DNA of 63,854 nt, counting the filler, from Klebsormidium nitens (Eukaryota; Plantae; Klebsormidiophyceae): NCBI GenBank assembly GCA_000708835.1. It is 7 parts of 7 records of this genome, joined end to end, with 100 filler letters (N's around TTAATTAATTAA, not from the genome) between each part and the next. Parts side by side here need not be neighbours in the genome. Positions count along the whole stretch, not along the records: positions 36,263 to 40,690 come from DF238558.1; positions 40,791 to 42,882 come from DF238750.1; positions 42,983 to 52,334 come from DF238199.1; 4 more parts are not named here. The stretch is one strand, 5' to 3'. Under the pieces are notes generated by a model that ran no database searches, had not been told where the DNA came from, and saw nothing but the letters and a program-made list of their open reading frames with translations. The translations under genes and the position numbers were made by a program. Shown one piece after another: positions 39,201 to 50,769 of this stretch (positions are counted from its first letter, which is position 1; each line of letters opens with the position of its first letter).

Positions 39201-39440
39201 GGGCCCGCTAGTAGGTACACGCTATCAATCGCAACCGGGAAATCAAGCGGCATGCTCATGGTATGTACCCGGTGCCGGCCAATTGTATTATAGACTCTAA
39301 ATGCCCGTTAGTGCGTACGTGCTATCAATTGCAGTTGGAAATCAATCGACGAGCTTATGGCATGTACCCGGTGCCGGCCAATTGTATTATAGACTCTAAA
39401 TGCCCGTTAGTGGGTACGTGCTATCAATTCCAAGAATGAA
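36263..39440. repeat. Diverging tandem array of ~97-120 bp units, each with an internal inverted pair TGGGTAC...GTACCCA
   Basis: 106-bp units start at 36263, 36369 and 36475. 97-98 bp units start at 37681, 37778 and 37876. The array continues after the gap to ~39440 and is interrupted by unrelated sequence at ~36980-37600. Confidence 0.85.
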
Positions 39441-40093
39441 TATCAAGCGGCATGTCTAACGAGGCTTTGCGGTCACTCTCCAAGGCTGCACGCGTACTTA
39501 GGGATATGTCTCGGCGAGCAAAGATACCAACTTCGTAAACTCTGCAATGGAGGAGCTTGCAGATGGGCGCATACTATGCCGAGCGAGTGGGGTCACCTTT
39601 GAAGGTCGCCAAAATCGCATACGCATGCATCGTCCTGGCCAAGAGCTTGTGCTTCGCACGCAACTGATGGACGGATATAACGCGTACGCCTTTGGCATCT
39701 TTGACCCTACGGATCGTTAATCCTCGCCTTTGGGCTTCATAGCGCGCGAGATCAAGTACCATAGAGTGTTCGACCCCGATTCGCAGAGGGTCCGAGGTGC
39801 GAGCGCGAGTGCACCGCGTCAATCGGGGAAGCCGGGGCCGCTACGGACCGTGGGGATTCGTGGCGGAGATCCTCGACCATCCGAACTGTTGCGCATGCTA
39901 CGATCCCGCTTTGAACGAGACGCTTTGCGAGATCATAATTAGGAATCGATCATAATTTGAAGGGCGCTGGGCATGGGACTTAACATAAGAGACTTCTTTG
40001 GCTCGCTCGATAGGTTCAAGTTAGGTTAAGCGCCATACGTACCTGAGGAGACGCTTCATTCATCCACTTTTTTTATTGGAATCTAAGCAGGTT

Positions 40094-40645
40094 ATGGACG
40101 CTATTCTAAACTACCAACCATCAACAAGACAAAGCATTAAAGAAATGGATCAACTCGTCCGAAATGCAGCCAAAACCAGAATCATCCGTTGCTACCAGGG
40201 GTTTAATATGCATGACACGATTTTGAATGTCGGAGCTCTTGCTGGACTGCGCGCGCTTGCTGCTCCCTATGATCTGAAGCACATAACCAGAGCTCTAGTT
40301 CGTGCACTTATAAAAGATGGTTTTCGAGCGTTTTGGGACGAATTCGAATTGTCCGGTCCATATTCCGTTGTTGTAAGCTGGCGGACTGCATTGAAAGGTT
40401 TTAAACATGCTCGCCGCAGAAAAGGTCGCATTGAAGGTCGATCGAGGTCCACCGAGTCGGGGCATCGAGAAACCGAAATGGCCTTGCCGCTATATACGGA
40501 CAACAGTGCATATTACGAAGTGCCACGACGCGCCCCAAGCGTGGTCTGGAATGATGAAGTGCCTGCATTGATGCTTGATATGCTTGCAAACCCGCAGAAG
40601 GCTCGCATGCCTTGCGATCCCTCCGAAATTACGTCGCCCAGATAA
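40094..40645 (+). CDS. Intronless hypothetical protein, paralog 1 (resembles the NCLDV DUF5759-like pattern)
   Basis: MDAIL...KTRII...APYDLKHITRALVRALIKDGFRAF...VVVSW. Clearly homologous to the ORFs at 41354 and 42067. Family resemblance from memory only. Confidence 0.6.
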   Translation: MDAILNYQPSTRQSIKEMDQLVRNAAKTRIIRCYQGFNMHDTILNVGALAGLRALAAPYDLKHITRALVRALIKDGFRAFWDEFELSGPYSVVVSWRTALKGFKHARRRKGRIEGRSRSTESGHRETEMALPLYTDNSAYYEVPRRAPSVVWNDEVPALMLDMLANPQKARMPCDPSEITSPR

Positions 40646-40789
40646 TGGGATTGTGCCAAAAGTTCCCATTTTAGAATTCTGTACACTGTTNNNNNNNNNN
40701 NNNNNNNNNNNNNNNNNNNNNNNNNNNNNNNNNNTTAATTAATTAANNNNNNNNNNNNNNNNNNNNNNNNNNNNNNNNNNNNNNNNNNN

Positions 40790-42330
40790 NCGGACACCTT
40801 TTTGCCATTGATTACAGGAGATTATTGGTGGCATGGTTGCTGACGTCATCAAGAGAGCCGCTCTCAAAAGGTGCTCCCGGAACTCGGGCACTCGGACACC
40901 AAGTTCGTGCCGTTGATTATAGAGCATTACTGGTGGGGTGGCTGCTGACGTCATCAAGCATGCTCGATCCAATAAAGGTACGTGAAAAATCCAGACATTC
41001 GGACAACTTCGCGCCATTGATCACTATGTGGATTATCGGTGGAATGGTTGCCGACGTCATCAGAGGGGCCGCTCTCAAAAGGTACGTGAGAAAACTCGAG
41101 CAGAATGGTCGCGGGCTGCTGACGTCATCAAGCATGTTCGACCTCGAAAAGGAGCGTCAGGAACTTGGTGCCTGATCAATATAACAGTGAAGTGCTTCCT
41201 AGAAGTTATCGCATCTACCATACTCACTTTGGAGTGCACCCGTTTGCCAGATTGTCAACAAAGGACCGGGAGAATCACGGGGCCTAGAGGCAATCTGAGC
41301 AAGCGTGTAGGTTATTCAGACGCTTCTTTTGTCAAACGTATAGTAGCCACACAATGGACGCAATCCTGGGCTATCGTCCTCCAACCATGTTTGCAATCGA
41401 GCAGATGGATAGAGCTGTTCTTGAGAGCGCGCGAGGCGCAATAGTGAGGTCTTATAAAGACTTTGGGATGCTTGAAACGATTCTTGATCCAGCAGCCCTA
41501 GCAGGAATCCGCGCTCTTGCAGAACCGTTCAACTTGCATCATATTACCAAAGCGCTCGTGCGATCTCTGAATGCTGAAGGATTTCACTCATATTGGGATC
41601 GAAGCGGCATCCATGGCCCATTTGNNNNNNNNNNNNNNNNNNNNTTATAGAGCATTACTGGTGGGGTGGCTGCTGACGTCATCAAGCATGCTCGATCCAA
41701 TAAAGGTACGTGAAAAATCCAGACATTCGGACAACTTTGCGCCATTGATCACTATGTGGATTATCGTTGGAATGGTTGCTGACATCATCAGAGGGGCCGC
41801 TCTCAAAAGGTACGTGAGAAAACTCGAGCAGAATGGTCGCGGGCTGCTGACTTCATCAAGCATGTTCGACCTCGAAAAGGAGCGTCAGGAACTTGGTGCC
41901 TGATCGATATAACAGTGAAGTGCTTCCTAGAAGTTATCGCATCTACCATAGTCACTTTGGAGTGCACCCGTTTGCCAGATTGTCAACAAAGGACCGGGAG
42001 AATCACGGGGCCTAGAGGCAATCTGAGCAAGCGTGTAGGTTATTTGGACGCTTATTTTGTCAAACATGGACGCAATCCTGGGCTATCGTTGTCCAACCAT
42101 GTTTGCAATCGAGCAGATGGATAGAGCTGTTCTTGAGAGCGCGCGAGACGCAATGGTGAGGTTTTATAAAGACTTTGGGATGCTTGAAACGATTCTTGAT
42201 TCAGCAGCCCTAGCAGGAATCCGCGCTCTTGCAGAACCGTTCAACTTGCATCATATTACCAAAGCGCTCGTGCGATCTCTGAATGCTGAAGGATTTCACT
42301 CATATTGGGATCGAAGCGGCATCCATGGCC
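40790..42330 (+). repeat. Diverged tandem duplication (~40915-41623 vs 41645-42330) including a TGACGTCA-rich upstream region
   Basis: Near-identical blocks with substitutions and an indel before the ATG. Repeated GCTGACGTCATCA units at ~40840, 40945, 41050, 41118, 41673 and later variants. Confidence 0.85.
41354..41623 (+). CDS. Paralog 2 of the intronless family, cut by a gap
   Basis: MDAILGYRPPTMFAIEQMDR...EGFHSYWDRSGIHGPF, then Ns. Confidence 0.55.
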
Positions 42331-42620
42331 CATTTGCTGTTAAAGTAAGTTGGCGGGTTGCCCTCAAAAACGCATCTCGGGCTCAACGTCAAGCAAAGAA
42401 GCTACGCTTGAGGGAAGCACAATTAGAAAACATGTCGTACGAACGCGAGTCGGTTTTTCCAAGCGCTTGCTCAGAGATCCGAGCCCGTTCTCCATCGAGT
42501 GCCCAATATGCCCCTGGCATGGTGTGGAGTGAGGCACCAATCCTGGAATTAGAGGCGCTTGCAAATCCCAACAAGACCCGCTTTACCCACGAGTCTCCAC
42601 AACATCTCTCTCCTAGATAG
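42067..42620 (+). CDS. Paralog 3 of the intronless family
   Basis: MDAILGYRCP...EPFNLHHITKALVRSLNAEGFHSYW...VKVSWRVALK...ELEALANPNK..SPR. The C-terminal ..LANP.K.R....SPR motif is shared with paralog 1. Confidence 0.6.
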
Positions 42621-42982
42621 ACGAATTGCTGAAAAGGCTCCGTTATAGAGATCATGTACACCCATATTCGTGTATCTGGCAATAGGCGGATATCGGCCGA
42701 TAATAGAAAAGCGTCAAAGCCCCCATGTCGGATTCTAGAAGCTTTTGCGTGTGGGATAACCATGAAACTCTCCTAGGCGCACCAAAACGGTGAATACAAA
42801 GATGGACACGGATATTCGGTATCTGAGCACTTTGCGGCCAGATGCTGTTCATTTTTTTTTCTCGGTATCCAGATACATAACANNNNNNNNNNNNNNNNNN
42901 NNNNNNNNNNNNNNNNNNNNNNNNNNTTAATTAATTAANNNNNNNNNNNNNNNNNNNNNNNNNNNNNNNNNNNNNNNNNNNN

Positions 42983-43137
42983 TTGTACGAGAGAGGCACT
43001 TCATGACAACCGCTCAAGGAACCTTTGCTTCGGCAGCCATGGAGAGAGACGCCGGAGCGCAACACAACACTTGCTTGGATGGAAGGCGCCTCAAAGCGCT
43101 TCTCTTCTTAAAGGCTAACTTACAAAAGGTTGCTTAA
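42983..43137 (+). pseudogene. Possible hAT transposase C-terminal (dimerisation domain) remnant
   Basis: ERHF...HNTCLDGRRLKALLFLKANLQKVA* immediately after a gap. Resembles the ER.FS....R..L....L.LLFLK.N pattern. Confidence 0.35.
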
Positions 43138-43591
43138 GCAACCACAAAGTTCAGGAAGTCCCAAATTCGGGGCACTTCTCCTAAGTCCGTCAAGTGACGA
43201 CCACAAGTCTTCTAGGGTCTTCTAGGTACGACAGCCTGGTAACGACCCCTTGGTAGCGACACCTATGACATCACAATACTTCTAGGGACTTCTAATGACC
43301 ACATCCGACCTCTGGTTTAACCATACCAACAACTAGGTCGGGCTAAAAGCCGTCCACAATACTAGCAATAACAATAGTCTATTGTCAACTATTACCAATC
43401 ACTAGCAGTCATTACCGCTTCGGCTACATGTTCCCCCGGCAGACAGCTCCCGCCGGAATTGGAGGCAAAATCCTTCCTCCGGCGTATGTACAGTGGCCAT
43501 CGAAGGGCCATATATAGCTTTGTGATGATTTGTGTGGGTTTGTATTAGACAATCAATCGATACATGCTTGCATCGGCGGTACGGCAAGGAC

Positions 43592-44173
43592 CTAGTACCG
43601 CACGGCATGCTCAATGGGGCCATTGCCCCTCTCAAAATCTAGACCATTACCATGGCGAGCTGAAGCATGATTAAGTGGTGTAACAAATGCCCCGCCATTG
43701 CGGGGACTCGGGGTGGCGTCCCTTTCACGCCTCCCTGACAAAAGATTCCCTCGCATTATGTCATGCACAATTACATTGCCTGCATCATCAGCTGTGGTAG
43801 TACCATCATGGTTACCACCTAAATCAGCCATATCCTTACCCTGGGGAAAGTTGAGGCGCCGCTTCACAGAGACCCGAGGAGACGTTGGTGGGGATGGTGT
43901 GCGGCAACGTTTGGGTGCTACCACCCCTTCGTCTTCAGCGTCACTAACCTCAAGGTCAGAGAATGTGTCGTTGTCGTCAAGCGGGTACCAGCTTGGACCG
44001 GAGTCCCACGGGGAGCAGAGATCCTGCTCCGGCTCCTGCCACAACCTCAATGGAGTAGGCCCGGGACTGGCTGGGCACGTTGGGGAAGGCGGCCGAGGAG
44101 AGGCGCCCATACAAGCGAACTTCTGCAAGAATTCTAAGAGGCGAGTTGGAAATGAAAGTTTCCAGCTCGCCAA
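43592..44173 (-). CDS. Low-complexity hypothetical ORF divergent from the kinase gene
   Basis: 193-aa ORF with Pro-rich, acidic and KRCRTP..KRRLNF segments. No family recognised. Confidence 0.35.
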   Translation of the reverse strand: MASWKLSFPTRLLEFLQKFACMGASPRPPSPTCPASPGPTPLRLWQEPEQDLCSPWDSGPSWYPLDDNDTFSDLEVSDAEDEGVVAPKRCRTPSPPTSPRVSVKRRLNFPQGKDMADLGGNHDGTTTADDAGNVIVHDIMRGNLLSGRRERDATPSPRNGGAFVTPLNHASARHGNGLDFERGNGPIEHAVRY

Positions 44174-44642
44174 TGCACTATTTATACTAGTGACTTACAG
44201 GCTACGCAGGATTATTAGATTTATTCGAAAGTCTTATCGAACTATTCACCACTATTATCGCACCTGCACCTATTCGATAATAGTCTACTCCTAGACTCAG
44301 GCTAGAGGCTAGAGGCTAGAGGCTAGTAGTCGAGCAGCTCTAGCGCCTTCCATTGTTTAGCACCATTCGCCCCAAGGATAGAGATCATCATTCTTCCTCT
44401 TCCTCTCGCTAGCTTTTGGCAGTCTAAAATGTTGTGGCGCTGCTCAGGTTTGAGTTAACACACGTCCTTTACTTCTACAGCAAAGTGAACCCTACAGCTA
44501 GCTCAAATTTAGCCTTCTGCAATGGCCTGTAGGGTTTTAAGTTTCCATGAGATTTGCTGACCAAGTAACTTAGAGTTTTTCAAATGTCATGGCATTGCCG
44601 TGCGGCTTATTCACTTTTCAACCACCCTTTTAGCGCTAGGCT

Positions 44643-47600
44643 ATGGCGTCCGGTTCTCGAACCCTACATTTGACGAGGAAACAGTCCGCTGGGCGCCAAC
44701 GAGCGTCCTCTCTAGGCTTTGTGTTGGCCTGCATAGTTTTGGTGGGATGCACAAGTGTAGCAGGTAGAAGTATTGACAGGGCCGCGCACTTTGCAAGCAG
44801 ACGGGACGACGAGAATGGCAACAGCAATAATAACAACAATAATAACAACAACAATAACAATAGTAACAACAAGTGCTGTATGGGCCAGCTTGGGCTGTCA
44901 GCAGATACATGCAAGGAGGTGAGGGCTCTTCCTTTCCTTTTTTTGGATAATGCTTCTTAGAATCGTTGGTGGATACTTGCTCTAACTCTAATAGGATCTC
45001 AGGGTTCCGTGATTCTGCACTGGAAGAGGGCATTGTGAGATGGTAGTAGTTCTGGTTGTGAAAATGCCGCTTGTAAGGGAACTTTTCAGCCCAGTCTGCT
45101 TAAGAATGTGCGCGAGAGTGAGTGCCTCTTGCTCCACACTGTTTATCGGGCGCAAAGCATTACTTATCTGTTCCGTTCAGATCTGGGCACATAGTATTCT
45201 GTCTGCGTCTCTCTTTTCAACCTTTTCCTATCTGGTATTTCCATACAAACTACCTTCGTAATCTACGTTGTGACATATTCTTTGTCGATGCAGAAAGGCC
45301 CTCTTATGAACCTCGTATTATACTTCCTGACTTTCTTGAAATTTCAGCTTTCGAAACTCCCTTCAACTGTATCCTCCTGGAAGAATTGTGTTGACATGGT
45401 ATTCCCTGATTGGTGAAGTTTTGCTCTGGCTGGTTCGTACCAACAGGAAAGTCAGCTCATACTTGAAAGGCACTGTAGAGTAAGTATGGCCTCTTACAAT
45501 GCGGGCTTTCCCATTAGGATTGCAGAATAACGCACCTGGAGGATATACCGGTCAAATGCAATGTCCATGTTTCTTACTCATCAAAGAGAAAGCTGTCAAT
45601 TCAAAACGACAGGGCTCATGCAAAAGTACTGTCCCAAACAAGCTCAGGAAGTCATTTTTGTCCTGTCAATCACACACTTTGTTCCCATCTTTCAGGATTG
45701 CAAGACCTTCTGTGTGTGCACGTCAGACAGATGCGATGTGCAGAGCTGCCCTCCCGGGACGCTTTACAACGTGGGCATCGCAATTTGCGACGCTGCTTCG
45801 AACGTGGCGTGCGGGAAAGACGCGAAACCCACTCCTGCACCAAAAGTTACGCCTGCCCCAAAAACACCAAACACACCCGCCCTAGTTGTCCCCAGCCCAG
45901 TTGCAAGCACTCCGGTGCCGACTCCAGTGTTAACCCCGGCCCCGACACCTGTCCCTCCTGCTCCGACAGCTGTCACCACTTTTGCGCCGACACCTGTCGC
46001 CACTCTCGCGCCGACACCTGTCACCCAGGCGCCAATACCTGTAACACCGGCGCCAACTCCAGTTCTCCCCACTGCAACGCCGGTTTCCCTTCCAACGCAG
46101 ATTGTTGTGGCCCCAACCGCCACGCCAGTCACTGTTGCGCCGACGGCCACTCCTGTGCGGACAGCTGGCAACCCCGCAAACCCCACCTTAACCTCGATTC
46201 CCACGAGCACCACCCCCATTCCGAGTCCCTTGGTGGTGTTGCAAAACTTCACTTTGTCCCCAAGCGTCAATGTTACGATAAACCCCCTTTCTAACCTAAC
46301 CATAACCCCCTCCTTGAACCTATCAATCTTTCCCGTCCTGAATTCTTCAATCGCCCCTGGATCGAACGCCAGTACAAGCACAGCCATCATTCTCCCCCCC
46401 GGTGCAAACGGAACTTTGGGCAACATAACGACCACTTTGCCAAAGCAGACTGATCCTCCAGCAGCAAGAGACAAGGGGGGGTCCAACACAGGGGTCATCA
46501 TTGCGGCCGTCGTGATTGTGGTGATTGTAGTGGCGCTTATTGCGCTGTGCACGGTTCTCTGTTGCTGCTACCGTCAGAGAATAGCTGTCGCTTGGGGGCG
46601 CCGAGGAAAGGGTTCGCTCTTCAAAGGAGGTGAGGTGCCGGCCCTTGGTGTTGCTTTATTTTTGGAAGCGTTTCCCTTCATGAAAGTGTGAAACCAGCTG
46701 CCCTAGTCTTGTGGGCGATTCCTCTTTGTAACCCATAGGTCTGATGAGACTTGAGCCTGTGCTTACATGGGAAAGCTAAAACATACCACCTTCCAAGTTG
46801 CTTATGTACCGACCCGTTTGGAACCAGGTTCGGTGGATGTTCAGCCGCCACCTTTCGAGCCTGCTCGCTAGCACTTTTGATATCTGGACGCTGCGAGCAC
46901 CTCCAAGGATGCTCTTCCACTGGAATGCCTTGAATCTTTGCCAGCTACACTTATCCGAGATTGCACATGTCCAAAGCAGTGCGGTACAGTTGGGTCGCAA
47001 TAGAACCCAACGGCACCAGGTCAAAACCTGAAATCTCCCTCCTTTCCAGGTCGCGAGCCTCGCTTCGTGCCCTTCGCCGCCGCCCCAAGCGCGAGCCACT
47101 CAACCCCGTCGGTCACCGCTAACCCGAACCGAAACCCCGTCCAAACCCCAGCAGCCCCACCCAGCGCGGCCGCGGGTTTCTCGAAGGTGTACCCGTTCTC
47201 GTACCAAGATATCCAGAAAGCGACTTCGAAGTTTTCGGAGGCGCATTTGTTAGGAGAGGGGGGTTTCGGGATGGTTTACTACGGGCGGTTAGCGGATGGG
47301 CGGGGGGTGGCCGTCAAGAAGGCGACCGCGGGCAGGCGGGAGACGCAGGAGCAGTTCAGGAATGAGGTCAGCTGTTGCTTGTTGACTTCATGAAGCGTCT
47401 CCGGATCAACATCAGCTGCTTATGATAAGGTTGCCGGGTCTGATCCGTATGGGGTTCCGTCAGGATTCTCAGGTTTGGTTCTTTCACAGTGCTACAGTGG
47501 GTACTCTATACTGCAGCTTGGATGGCTTCGCAAAATACCTGGGGGCCTGCTGCAAGAGTGGTGCTTTCAAGCTTTCGGGACATCTGCGAGTACGTTCTAT

Positions 47601-50600
47601 TCAAGTTTGCACACCAGAGACTTCGTACCTTTTCCAACAGATGGCCGTAGAGACTGGATTCCCACTGCAGAGCTGGTTCACTCGAGCCCTGACCGGTGGT
47701 TGGGAGCCTGGCCCAAAACCCAAAATGCAAGGCATACAGAAACTCTCGAATTTCGATAACGTAGAATTTCCTACACCTTGCAATGGTTAGGTCGTTCTTG
47801 AGCTGTGGTTGAGTATCTTAGAACCCGAATTTTTCACCCTGTGAACACCTGAACCCCTCGCAGGTGGACTTCCTGAGCCGCGTGCATCACCGGCACTTGG
47901 TCGCGCTATTGGGCTACTGTCAGGAGGGCGGCGAACAGATGCTCGTCTACGAGCTGATGCCGGAGGGATCCCTCTCCAACCATCTCTACGGTGAGTGCCT
48001 CTTTCTTCTCCGTTCTGTGCTTGACACGTCCATCGTCTTTTTACTGCTGCTCTTTGTTTGTGGGCGCTTATTGTACAGGCTTGTGCGCCTTCCGGGCGGC
48101 CAAGCATGTCACCTGTATCCGTTCCAAAGCTGAAAAGTGATGTACCGTTGAATGATTGTTCTAAAGCCCAAGCAAGCGGAGAAGCCCAAATTCACGGCGA
48201 CCGTGCAACGTGTTCCCCCTGTAGTGAGGAGTCAGTCTGCATCATCCGCTTCGAATCGAGGCCTTTCGTTGCCCTCCACCATCATCTTCGCGCACTTATC
48301 CAAACTTAAGCGTTTTGAAGATAGGTTAAGGATTGCGTTGCTTCTTTAATTATTCTACCACCCCCGGCGTGTTCTCTGAATGGCGGCACCGTCCACTGGC
48401 TGCAGGGAGGGGCGACCCGTTGACCTGGCAGCAGCGCATGAAGATCGCCCTCGGCGCTGCACGGGGCCTGGAGTACCTCCACGTGGGTGCGCACCCGGCG
48501 ATCGTCCACCGGGACGTCAAAACGGACAACCTCCTGCTGACAAAAGACTTCGACTGCAAGGTGGGCGGATGCCGTCACAGCTTGGGTGTGGGGATGACTT
48601 CACAGCTTGGGTTCGGGGCTTAAATCGAGCATCCGCGCTTTGCACCGCTCAATGTCGTCAAGCGTTGGAGGTTTGGAAGGGTTGGTGAAGTGAGAGAGGA
48701 TACTGAGAATGTTGCGTACCAGTCTAGAAATACGTTCCGCCTGACCGCTGTTCTTATTCTGCTCTGGCCTTGTGGACCAGTCTAATGCGGATAGATGCAA
48801 GTGACCTCGTAGACAGTGAGTCTTATTTTCGGAGGGCGACTCTTTCACACGCAGCAAACGGGAAAATCCAACCTCCAAAGCGCAGCAAGGAATTTCGGTG
48901 AGGAGGGGACGAACTTCTGCCGCGTCCTGATGAATGCAAGAGCTCTGGGATCACTCCCATTCTTGATGTGATTGCTTCTCGATGCTGACAACGGCTGTAA
49001 AAGCCCCGGTTTTAAAGCTCCTTTTTGAAACGCTCCATTTTCTATTGTCAGGTCGCAGACTTCGGGTTATCCCGGCTGCCCTCAACCCAGGGAACGAGCG
49101 TCTCTTACGAGACGATGCCGTCAGCCGTGAAAGGAACCTTAGGTTGGTCGCCAATCTCGTCCAACTCGGTTCCCTCCTCGTTCTCCTCCAGTTTCTTCCT
49201 TTCTGCTGATGGCTCCTGTCTCTTTCTTGACCCGTAGTTGTCAGCAACTTCTGCCTGCAGCAGAACAAATGGATGGATCACCCGTTTACCAAGCTGCTAA
49301 CTAGCTGTCACGCGCAGCAAACCCAAGTTCCTTTGTTGTCCTGCTTAACGTGAAACGTTGCTTTGCAACCGATTGGCCGTGTGTTGTTGCGCCACATCTT
49401 GATACGTGCACGCTGATAAATTTGCTGTCAGCTGCCAAGAACGAGAAACGAAGCGCATTCGCCCGCAGGTTACTTGGACCCCGATTACGTCACGGGGAAC
49501 CCGATCACGACCAAGAGTGACGTGTACAGCTTCGGCGTGGTCCTGCTCCAGCTGGCCTCCGGACGTCCGGCGATTGACATGCGGTCCGGGTCCGAATGCC
49601 GATCGCTTGTCGATTGGGTGAGTGTCTTCTGCCGTTTCTCAGCATTTGTGGCGCCTTACAGGAATTGTCCCTGGAGCAGATTTGCATTGCCTTGATTGAT
49701 ATAGCCTTGCGTCGAAGTTTCTTCAACCACTCATTCAACCAATCAAATGGCGAGTGGCATTTGGACTTGAACCGCAGGGCTGACCTAGGTCAGGCCATAA
49801 GGAGCGGAAGAATTGGACTAGAAACCACATAGAAAGAAAAGTCTCCGTGCTGATACTTCTGTTCTTTCACAATAGGCCGCTCTTCGGTCAATTCGGTGGT
49901 CTACTCGGTGATAAACACAGCAAAGCTACCCATTTGCGGAACCCCGAGTTGGCACTTTTGAAAGCCCTTTTGATGCGCTGGGTTCAAATTCGTACTCTGG
50001 TCGAGTTGTTGCTTTTTGCGTCTCTTCTGCAACTGCTTTTCATTGAAGTCGATCAACACTCACAAAAAAGCACGATTTTCCCGTTCAGATTGTCAGCTGC
50101 CCGGTGTCATGCTGACGGAAGTCGGGTCTTTCACCAATTATGAGTGCTTCCGCTTTTCGGCACATACCCCTGTCCCTCTACTGAAGACTTAAGTTTCACC
50201 CGCTTCCATCTTTGCAGGCCCGGCCGTTCCTCCAAGCTCAGAACTACGGCCCGGTGATGGACCCCCGGCTGCACGGGCGCTTCTCCCGTGACGACTTCGC
50301 GCAGCTCTGCGCGCTCGCGGCCGCGTGCGTCGACCGGTCGCCCCTCCGCCGGCCGTCCATGACCGAAACCGTCAGGATTTTGGAGGTCTTAGAGAGCGCC
50401 GCGCGCCTAGCCGACGCAGCGCCGGCGCTCGGCGGCGCGTTCCACGCGCTGGGGCTCGGGAAATTCTCGCCGGGCGCGAGCTCGAGCGAATCATTTTCGG
50501 GGGGGAGTTTTGCGGGCGCGTTTGATGGGGGGCACGGCGTGACTTCGTCCCCGGGGGGGCGTTCTGCCGGTGCGTTTGAGGGGGGTAATGGAGTTTCAAA

Positions 50601-50769
50601 CGGGTCGGCGGTTCCGTTTGTGAGACGGTATGAGTGGAGAAGTGGGTCGTCAACGCAGAGCGGAATGCTCTCGAGTCGGCCGCCGAGTGACGGGTCGGGG
50701 CGCCGGGATATGGAAAGTTTTTCGGGAAACCTCGGAGAGCTGACGGTCTCAGAGGTGAATCCCCGGTGA
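44643..50769 (+). CDS. Receptor-like kinase (RLK/Pelle, RD type) with CBM14-type chitin-binding ectodomain, Pro/Thr stalk and TM helix
   Basis: Exons 44643-44918, tentative 45447-45479 and 45526-?, then 45696-46629, 47050-47366, 47864-47990, 48406-48560, 49052-49142, 49469-49617 and 50218-50769. From 45696 onward all are joined by phase-compatible GT-AG introns. Motifs: [93 protein letters not shown] and RRPSM. TM segment [22 protein letters not shown]. Confidence 0.93.
44819..44872 (+). repeat. AAC/AAT microsatellite encoding poly-Asn in kinase exon 1
   Basis: Run of AAC/AAT codons giving [16 protein letters not shown]. Confidence 0.9.
45696..45812 (+). other. CBM14/peritrophin-A (ChtBD2)-like cysteine domain
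   Basis: [39 protein letters not shown] has C-x5-C-x9-C-x12-C-x7-C spacing with DC..F, CP.GT.(Y)N, CD and V.C. The first Cys is probably in HCRNNAPGGY on upstream mini-exons. Confidence 0.8.

Noticed and set aside
36263-39440. CRISPR array
   Set aside because: Spacers are homologous to each other, unit sizes are ~100 bp, there are no cas genes, and the context is eukaryotic.
45764-46552. 262-aa minus-strand ORF and similar shadow ORFs over GC-rich genes (e.g. 50244-50831, 60610-61350, 61422-62102)
   Set aside because: Antisense shadows of real Pro/Ala-rich coding sequence.
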